From positions 62,001 to 126,000 of the forward strand of contig JAVKOQ020000008.1 of the NCBI GenBank assembly GCA_031835245.2: DNA of 64,000 bases. The letters run 5' to 3'. A model generated the notes under the pieces. The model had not been told where the DNA came from, ran no database searches, and was given only the letters and a program-made list of their open reading frames with translations. Of the stretch, positions 53,294-62,386 are shown piece by piece; positions within the stretch are counted from its first letter, which is position 1, and each line of letters opens with the position of its first letter. This DNA comes from Balamuthia mandrillaris (taxonomy: Eukaryota). Position numbers and translations under genes: made by a program.

Positions 53294-54664
53294 TTACATA
53301 TTGTTATTTTTATTTATTCTTTTCTTTTCTTTTTTTCTGTTTTTGCTGCCTCTTGCAGGCTTTTTGTCAGGGCAGCCGTTCTCTTCAAGCCATTGCACCA
53401 CCTCCCAGTGTTTGTGCAGTTTTGCCAATTCCAAAGTTTTGTGACTCCAAGGACAGTCCTTTGCTCTTGCCCACTGCAAAACCGCCAGCTGGCCGTTCCT
53501 GGCAGCTATGTCACAGAGCTGGTAGTATGAAAAAATAATGTGGGTGTCTTTGGCCCACTGCAAGACTTCCACGTGCCCATTCTTGGCTGCGAAGGTCCAT
53601 ATTCTACCGTCCCACGGGCATCTGTTCCTTCTGAGCCATTGCAGCACCTTCAGATGGCCATTCAAGGCCGCATTCGCTGCGGTGTCTGAATCCCAACGAC
53701 ATCGATTGGCTCTGGCCCATTTCAAGACCTCCAAATGCCCGTTCTTGGCTGCTAAGGTGCATATCCTACTGTTCCACGGGCATCCATTTGCTCTGGCCCA
53801 TTGCAAGACCTTAAGGTGGCCCTTTGTGGCCGCAAAGAGGCAAGTCTGGTCATTCCAAGGACAGCCGTTGGCTCTGGCCCATTGCAACACCTCCAATTGT
53901 CCGCCTCTAGCAGCAAAGGCACAGGTCAATTCATCCCAAGGACAGCCGTTCATTCGTAGCCATTGCAACACCTCCAAGTGACCTTTTGTTGCGGCATATG
54001 CGCAAGTCTTTTCGTTCCAACCAATTCCATTCTCACTCGCCCATTGCAAAATGTCCAAAAGGCCATGCTTTGCTGCCATGGAGCAAGTATATTCTCCACA
54101 AGGGCAGCCAGCGTCTTTCAGCCATTGCAGCACCTCCAAATGGCCGTTCAAGGCAGCCTGAATGCAAGTCACTTCATTCCAACGACAACCGTTGGCTCTA
54201 GCCCATTTCAAGACTTTCAAATGGCCCTTCGTGGCAGCGTTGGTGGAGGTCCGTTCGTCCCAGCGGCACTGGTTCCCTCTGGCCCATTGCAGCACCTCCA
54301 GATGGCCGTTTAAGGCAGCGTTGGAGCAAGTCTCTTCATTCCAAGGGCACCGCTTCTGTATTGCCCACTGCAATACCTCCAAATGGCCCAGCTGAGCAGC
54401 CATGGCACACACCTCCGGGACCCAAGGACAGCCATTCGCTTTGGCCCATTTCAAAGTGTTCACGGAGGAGCAAGCCCACCGCAAAAAGAACCTTCCCGAT
54501 CGCAGAAGAGGGGGGCTGCAGGAGAACCAGCGACGGCAAGTGAGGGCTACTGGGGCCACGTTCTCCTCGGGAAGCTGCTCAAGTATTTGGGACAGTATCT
54601 CCTCTGGCAAGTCTGCTATATTGAGCCCAGTAGTCGATTGGGTCTCGTGTATTTGCTTTTGCAT
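53294..54664 (-). CDS. F-box + ankyrin-repeat protein, intronless
   Basis: IADLPEEILSQILEQL...TCRRW F-box followed by more than 12 AAxNGHLEVLQWARANGCPW repeats. Confidence 0.92.
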   Translation of the reverse strand: MQKQIHETQSTTGLNIADLPEEILSQILEQLPEENVAPVALTCRRWFSCSPPLLRSGRFFLRWACSSVNTLKWAKANGCPWVPEVCAMAAQLGHLEVLQWAIQKRCPWNEETCSNAALNGHLEVLQWARGNQCRWDERTSTNAATKGHLKVLKWARANGCRWNEVTCIQAALNGHLEVLQWLKDAGCPCGEYTCSMAAKHGLLDILQWASENGIGWNEKTCAYAATKGHLEVLQWLRMNGCPWDELTCAFAARGGQLEVLQWARANGCPWNDQTCLFAATKGHLKVLQWARANGCPWNSRICTLAAKNGHLEVLKWARANRCRWDSDTAANAALNGHLKVLQWLRRNRCPWDGRIWTFAAKNGHVEVLQWAKDTHIIFSYYQLCDIAARNGQLAVLQWARAKDCPWSHKTLELAKLHKHWEVVQWLEENGCPDKKPARGSKNRKKEKKRINKNNNM

Positions 54665-54873
54665 TGATGCTTTAGTGTTCCGCTAGTATACAACTACAAG
54701 GAGTCGAGGCTTAGATGACTGAAAAAACAAAGACTTCTTTCGTTGTTTCGTTGACTTTCTTGTTGTTTCTTCGTTGTTGAAATTAATTAGTTGCCACGAT
54801 AATATCCACGTTCTTTTTCTTCATTGCGTGGCGACGCGAGAGAGCCTTTTCAAACAAAAACAAAAACTCGCGT

Positions 54874-55748
54874 TTACTGAGAACATAGCCAGATAAAGTT
54901 TTGTACCGCAAGAGCCGTGGATTGCTCGTTCTGCCCTGTGATCAGGGTTCTATCTATTATGACGTGAGTTTCATCAACGTCGCTGCCTAAAACACAAACA
55001 TCAGTCTTCCTACACATCAAAGAAATAAAAAACATTGCGGCACGCACAATTGTAAAAGCCTCCATGGTCTTTGATATAGTCCTCGATAATAAGCGGCAGT
55101 TTGGAAAAGTAAGGAAAGCGTGCTGTCTCAAAGTTTGAAATCTAGTTTTCATTTTTTCACACAAGAAGTAGGAAGAGAATTAAGCAATAAGAAGGAAGGA
55201 AGTAACAAAACAAACAAAGAAGCGTGAGAATAATGACACTACCGCAGTAAGGTTCCATCCTGAGAAACACCACTTGTCATTTTCATTGAACGCTTTACAA
55301 AGGCCTGTCACTCCAAACCCAATTGCACAAATCGGTTCTAACCCGCAGTTAGCTGAAAGCAGGACAAAAATAAAGAAGCACAAGAAAAGAGCTGAAGTAC
55401 TTTGAGCAGATTGAAACTGCCGAACGAGGTTGCCAAGAGAGACGTCGTTGGAGAGATCAGAAACACCGCCGATGGAACTGGGTAACACCAATCCACAATA
55501 CTTTACAATGTTGCTCTCTGTCCCAGTGTAAAGAAACGACAAGAAGAAGGACAACGACACGAAACAACATAAAGAGAACGAAACGACAGTAGGAAAGAAA
55601 GACAAGAAGTAAGCAGCAGCAGCAGAAGAAGAAGAAGAAGAAGAAGAAGAAGAAGAAGAAGAAGAAGAAGAAGAAGAAGAAGAAGAAGAAGAAGAAGACA
55701 AGAAGGAAGAAGAGAACAAAAGGAAAGAAAGAAAGAAGAAGAAAGAAA

Positions 55749-55793
<45 letters not shown>

Positions 55794-56414
55794 AGAAACG
55801 ACAAGAAAGAAAGACAAGAAGAAAGAAAGAAAGAAGAAGAAACACAAGAAAGAAACGACAAGAAAGAAAGAAAGTAATGAAAGTAAGAGGTAACGACAAG
55901 AAACGACATAAAGACAACAAAACGACAATAGGAAAGAAAGACAGAAGAAAGAAACCACCAAGACCGAATAATAGAAGAGCGTAACGTGCAAGAAGAAAGC
56001 AGGAAGAAGCGACACGAAACTAGAAATAACAGAAGTAAAAGTGGTTTGAACCTTGCTTGATGAGTTCAGCCGTGGAGAGCGGGTGAGCGAGCAGTTGGTT
56101 GTGTTCTTTCAGCCACGAGACGGAGGCCTCGTCCGGGTAGTGAAACTCTGGTGGGGCAGCGTTGGGCGTGGCTACCTCCACCGAGAAGCCGTTATGCTCC
56201 AAGAGCTGCACCGCTTGAATGAACGACGTGACGGAGACGCTGCCTTTTGTCATGTTGTGTCGTTGGAGGGAAGATGAGAAAAGGTTTTTTTTTCTTGTTG
56301 AAAGAGAGATCAACAGTTGTTGTGGAGCAAAGGAAGAACACTGTTACCCGTGTAGTTTGTGTCAACAGAAGCTGCCGAAGACACGGCCACCAAACAAGAA
56401 CCTTTAGAGGGCAT
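54874..56414 (-). CDS. GATD1: GATD1/PDDC1-like DJ-1/class I GATase-fold protein, multi-exon
   Basis: MPSKGSCLVAVS...SVTSF...VATP...GLVLPSSIGGVSDL...KPICAIGFGV...WCFSGWNLT...HVIIDRTLITGQNEQSTALAVQN closely parallels GATD1. Confidence 0.82.
55749..55792. repeat. 44-nt poly-G run within a GATD1 intron, next to a long (GAA)n
   Basis: Seen directly. Confidence 0.95.
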
Positions 56415-56805
56415 CTCTGCGCTTCTCTCTCTTGTTGTTTTTCTCGCGCTTTATAGTTATCGATATTTTTGGCCACGTCAGCAACCAATCGATATATTTA
56501 CGATAAGTTGACCTAATCTGATTTTATCGATGTATTGCAATTGTCATCGATTTTCAGAAAATTTTGTCGATAAATAATGAGCAACAATTTGTTCAGCAAG
56601 TCTGCGCGGTACAGAGGAGGTACAGGGACGACTCACGAGCTCCCAGTTCAAGGAGCACGCGGCGCACGTACTCGCTGGGGGTGGCCTCCTACATACAGTC
56701 CCATACCTCCAGGAGTAAGCTTTCAAAAAAAAGAATGGACATTTTACTTATTTTCTTAAGTTAGAGGGACAAACAAAGAAGAGCTATTGAGACTGAACAG
56801 ATTCA

Positions 56806-56986
56806 TCAATGGTTGAGAAGGTCTTCCTCCGTGGCGAGGAACAGAGGTGAAGCCACGTTCTTTGCGGCTTGTTCTTCCACCATCTGGCACAACAGCTTCC
56901 TGCAGTTGGCTGGGACCACATCTGGAGCCATTCTTTGGAATTCAAAAATCATCATCATCAGTTTTCGAATTCGCCACAAGAGACAG

Positions 56987-57026
<40 letters not shown>

Positions 57027-60000
57027 TACTCATCGGGTTGGAACAGATCGAGAATGTGGAGGATTTGCATTGAGTTAAGCACAGGAAAGGCCTCCTGAAT
57101 GTTTTGTTGGTTGAGAAAGAGCGACTTGTCTGTCATCAACACATTTGCTGCCTCTTCCAAATGTGCAAATTGTTCTCTTCATGTGGCCAAGACAAAAGTA
57201 TAAAGTTAATAAAGAAAAACTAAAGAGGAGAAAGCAGAGAGATGAGTGAAATACTTGGCTTGCAGTAACGCGTGATCACGCATGAACACGTTGTTCTCAA
57301 ACAACCACGAAGTGAGCTGTGATAAGCCAATTTTCACCTGCAATGCGTTGCCGCACGTGCAAAACTTGCCATTGCGCAGCATGGCGTTGAACAGGACAGA
57401 GTTCATGCAGGAGAACAAGTCCACGAAGCATTGTCCTATGAGGCTTGGGTAGACGCCATAGTAGGCCAGCAAAGCTAGGATGCTGTCCAAGGCGTCCACA
57501 ATGGTGGAGGGAGTGTTTGCAGCTCTTCTCTTGGATACAGCGGACCCTCCAGCCTTGTTCTTCTTTCTTCTCTCTTTTCTTTCGGGAGTTGTTCCAGCGA
57601 TCTTCGTTGGTGTTCCCGTTGTTGTGGTTGTTGTGGTAGGCTTGCTGTTGGTGGCGACACGCAAAGAAGGAAGTGAAGCTACCGTCACTTGTTTAGCCAA
57701 CGGGTCGTCTTCCCATTCTTCGTTATGTTCTTCCTCGTATTCCTCATCATCGTCATGGTCTTCATCTGCACCATCATCTTGGTCGTCGAGCGATATGGTT
57801 TCAAACTCGGAGCTTCGCCCGTGTTTCTCTTTTTCTAGAGTTTCGAGGAGCGAGGGTTGGGCAAGAATGGCTGGAACTAGGCTCGGACGGAGCCAACCAG
57901 AGAAAGAAACGCGAAGCAACTGTTGGTAGACTTTCCACATCAACTGTTGAAGCTCCCCCACAAACTCCTTCAGCGCTCCTCTTCCCTTCTCCTCCTTGTT
58001 CTTTTGCTTTTGTTCTTCTCTGTCTTTCGTTCTCATGGATCCAGCTTTTGGTTTCCATGCTTTCGGATCGGAAGCCGAAGAGGAATGTAGAAAAGGGCGA
58101 AGGCGGTCATCCTGAAGTAGGTGATGGAGAAACGTGGAAAGAAAAGAGAGCCACAACGCAGCTCTTCTCGCCTCGTCCATTTCTCCTCTTATCGTACGAT
58201 GTTGTTGGTTTGAAGAAGGAACAGATTGTCTCAAAAGTTGAGCGACAATTCCCAAAAGACTTCTCCATGCACTCGGCTCTCTTCCTTTCTCCCTTCCTTC
58301 TTCTTTGCTGTTGTCAGAAACAAGAAGTGGGATAAGAACATCCACCAACGCAGCAAACAACTGTTTTGCCATATCCTGAGCCAAACTATTCGTCAACGAT
58401 CCAGAATTTTCCTTTAAGAAACGAAGCGCCTCTTCGGCAGAGAACGAAGTCTTCTTTCTTTCGCGTGGGCTTCGGATGTCGTGTGAAGCTGAATTGAAGA
58501 AAGTGGCAGTGAAGGAGGTTGGTACATCGTGAGTCGTAACATCCGTGGTAGCGATGCAGTATACACTCCCTTCCAACTCTTTTCTCAATGTAGTTTCTGC
58601 TCGCAACAATCTCAGCTCTTGTTCGTAGTTTGTTCGTTGTTGGTTCCTCTCTTCAGAAAGCATCAGCGTTTGCTCTTTGACTTCCAACAGTTCTTGCTGC
58701 ACGGAGCGGTAACGTTCTTGCAGCTCGGAGGCTTGTTCTTTGAGCTCCTTCTCTTTGGCTAGCGTTTGCTCCATCGTCTTCCATCGCTGCATGTCCAATT
58801 CTTTCTCTCGTTCGCTCACCGTTTGGGCCTCCTCCTTCCACTTTTTCTTCTTATCTTGTGCTTTTTGAAGCTTGCTCTCCAGGTCGACGCATCTCTGCTC
58901 CATTTTCTTGCATTCCACTTCGGTTTTAGTCCTTTCGTTGCGAAGTTGTTCTGCCTCTTCCTCTCGGAGAAGCAACAACCGACGACACTCCTCCAACGAG
59001 CCTTTAAGTTGAACCTTTTCGCTATCTGCTGCTTTACACTGTTCCTCCAACTCGTTGATAACTTTCTCTTTAAGTTCTACCTTCTGCTGAGCTTCTTCTT
59101 TTATCTTCTCTAACTTTTGATGTAATGCAGCAACTTCCTTCTCTGCTTCTTCTTTGGCGATTTGCATCCGTGTCATTTCTTGTTGATGTCTTCCTTCTCT
59201 TTCGGCTGCGTCAACTTCCCTCTCTTTCCTGTCCTTATGCTCGCTGCTTTTGAGCTGTTCTTGAGCTTCAGTCGCACGTTTTAGCTCTTCTTGCAACTGT
59301 CTGAGCTGTCCCATCGTTTCGTCTCTCTCTCGACGAGCTTCATTCGCTGTCTTGACTAACTTCTTCTCTTTCTCTTCCATGTGTCGCACCAACATGTCCT
59401 TTTGTTCTTGGAGTGCAGTTAAGAGTCGTCTTTCTTTCTCCAACGAACGAACCAATCCTTCTTTTTCTTCCTGCATCTCCTTTTCTTTCCTCTCCCATTT
59501 CTCTCTCTCCTCCAAAGAGAGCGCTTCCTTTTCTTTTCTGTTTCTTTCCTCCATGTCCTCCTTCTCTTGTTGCAGCTCCTTCACTTGCTTCTGCGCTTCC
59601 TCTATCTGATGATGCATCATCGCTTCCTTCTTCTTCCATGTCTGCTCCTCTTTGGTCTTCTCCAAAATGAGGTTCTGAAGAACCTGCTGCAAACGATCCT
59701 CCAGCTCGTTTCGTTCTCTCTCCGTTCTCGCCAACTGGTCCCTCAGCTCTAGCACTTCCTTCTCCCTGGCAGCAGCTGCCTCTTGAAAGTGTCCCTTTTG
59801 AAGCTGTCTCTGCACGGAGGGAGGAGGATACTCTCCCACCGCCCAACGCCTGCCTATCTCCTTGGACAGCTGCTGCACCTCCTCTTCTTTCACAATTCGG
59901 TTGAGCTTTGTTGTTATTGTTAAGGTTCGTCATCATCTCTCTCAAGTCTTTCTCCGTTAGACGCATCAACGTGTCGTAGTCATCCACTTGGGAGTAGAGC

Positions 60001-62084
60001 ACGGGGATGAGATGCTCCAGGTGCAGTTGGAAGAGCATATCTTGAAGATAGCGACGGGAGGTTATCTTGGAAAGTTTGCCCTCCTTCAAGCGTTTGCGGT
60101 TGGCAAACATGTACTTGATTGTCTTGTGCTCATCGTACGGTTTCAGAAACTCGGCTATCTCGGCCTCGTTGTAGAAGAGAGGAGGCGGCGCTGTTGTTAC
60201 CGATGTTGCAATGGAAGAGGCATCAGTGGAAGGCTTCTTCCAGTTTTGAGGGATGATGGCGCGACCCTGCATGCCACGAGGAACAAACCTATTCTCTTCT
60301 TTTGTGAGTTCTATAGTTGAAGAAGAAGAGGGAGATGTTGATGCAGAAGAGACAGGCGAGGCAGAGGCTGATAATGCAACCTCAACTCGTAGTTCGGGTG
60401 GTGGTTCTTGGCGCTCTGTTTCTTCGTGTTGCTTTGCGTCAGGTTTGCTAGAAGACTTGAGAGCAAGGAGAGACTCGTGCAAAGCTCTAACCTCTTCTTC
60501 CTTGTGGACTAAGTTCTGTTGAACTTCGGTCATGCGTTCCTTCTGCGTCTCTACCGTCTTCTTCATCTTTTCATACTTCTTTTTCAGCTCTTTGTATTTG
60601 CTTTTCTCTCCTTTTGTCTTTCCCTTTGCTTTCTCCTTTCGTTGCGAAGAAGACATGGACGTTCGTCTTCCATTCGCCGCTTTTTGTTGTTTCTTTTCAT
60701 CCTTTTCTTTCTCTTTTGCTTTTCTCTCCTCGCTCTTCTCTTCGCTTGCAAGTTGAGTTGATGCTTCAGCGATAGTGGCACCGGCAATCATCGAAGGTGG
60801 CGGTGGTTGTGGGGTCGGTAAACGATGCCGACCTGGCCCCGTTGGGCTCTGCATTGGTTGCAACGGATTACTGTTGTTGCTGTTGCTCTCAGTTGCAGTT
60901 GTTGATGTTGACGGTTTAGGAAGGTTTCGCAGCCAAACTTGCATTCCAGTAATACTGCTATCTTCATCAGAGGCTTTGGCTCTGTCGTCAGCCTCTTGCT
61001 CATCTTCTGCTTCAGAGCCAGAAGAATCGCTCTATAGCAAGAGTTCCGTTTTAGCGAGGCAGAAAGAGAGAAAAGAATGGAAGAATGTGAGAAAAACTGA
61101 GCAACTACAAGAAACAAAGCAAGAAGTGTTACCATGTCGTTCGTATCAGTCCACTCCGTCTCAGAGTCATCCACAGTTTCAAGGTCAAACTCTTCTTCCT
61201 CCGGTTGCTGCTTTGCATCGCTTTGTTGTTTTGCGTCCACATTCTTCAAGCCTTCTGTAGTCTTCTTCTTGTTTAACCACTCGCACTTGAATTGAACCTT
61301 TTTTTCGTTTCTTTTAGTGACAATAACAAGAAGAAGAAAAAAACGAGAACTTACGGTCATGATCGCAGCGGTGGAGGATGCACTCCTTCCGTGCTTTAAA
61401 GAGTCCTTTAAAGAGCTTGGAGCCGGAAAGACCAGATCTTTGAGGGCCACCATTCCATCGCCAGCTACCGGCCCAAGCTCCAGTTCCATCTCAAGCTTCA
61501 CGTCTTTGCTTCCATGCTTTGTTATTAAGATAGTAAGCAACAATAAAACCCCAAAAACAAACAACAAAAAGTAAAACTGAAAATAAAAGTAGAGAAGAAG
61601 AAGAAGAAGAAGAAGAAGAAGAAGAAGAAGAAGAAGAAGAAGAAGAAGAAGAACGAGGAGAAGAAGAATAAATTGAAAGAAAAACCTTTTGTAAACTCAG
61701 TTGTAACGTTTTGTCTTCAAACTTGGACAAGTGCTTGTAATAGCGTAGCGTCGTTTCGAAGCTAATCACAGGAGGCGGAGTCCATAAGGCGCAGCCCTGC
61801 ACGACGTCCACGGGCGGCGTGCTCCCTTGCTTCTTCTTGCCGTTGCCTCTCTTCCACGCCACAAAGACTTTGCTGCCGGGCGGGAAGGAGCGCTTGGAGT
61901 CCAGGCCGGTCACAGCCTTTACCGTCAGGGTGAGGCGGAGCTTGACGTTTTGGGAGGACTTCAGCTTGCGAGAAGAGGTCTTTGGGGCTTTGCTGAGCTT
62001 GCTGTTGTTGTTGTGCTCCACCTTTTTCTTGGTGCCGGCTTTAGAGGAGGAGGAGGTGTTCAGCTTTGTTCTGGAGCCCTCCAT
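56806..62084 (-). CDS. NT-type C2 + SAM-like + coiled coil + DIL domain protein, paralog B (apparent 1-nt frameshift near 59905)
   Basis: NT-C2 VFVAWKRG...ISFETTL...DKTLQLSL. SAM-like LFQLHLEHLIPVL...DYDTLMRLTEKDLREM. DIL QCFVDLFSCMNSVLFNAML...FCTCGNALQVKIGLSQLTSW...AANVL...FQPDE. Confidence 0.82.
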
Positions 62085-62386
62085 TTGTGCTCCTTCTTCG
62101 CTGGTAGTAGTAGTAGTTGTTTGTTTGGTTGGTGGGTGTGCTGTTGCCTACCTCAAGAGAAGAGAGAGGAAAGGTCGGCAAAGGAAGAGGTTTTTAGGCC
62201 TAAAGAAAAAAAAAAAGATAAAGGTTGTTGTTTGTCCGAAAAGGTGCCCCCGCCGGTTCGAATCTCACTGGTTGCACCCTGATTTTTTTTTCTGAAAGAG
62301 GTCGATTGCGAGTTCGAATCTCGGTGTATTCATTCTTTTTTTTTAATCGTTTTTCTTTTCTTTTTTTTGTTAAGCTTAAGACGCAT

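Noticed and set aside
59340..59890. C-terminal part of the 534-aa ORF as real protein
   Set aside because: Out-of-frame read-through overlapping the plausible coiled-coil frame.
39210..62084. Myosin V/XI genes
   Set aside because: DIL domains are present but there is no motor domain or IQ motifs.
62240..62335. tRNA gene
   Set aside because: Only T-loop motifs are present; no cloverleaf can be built.
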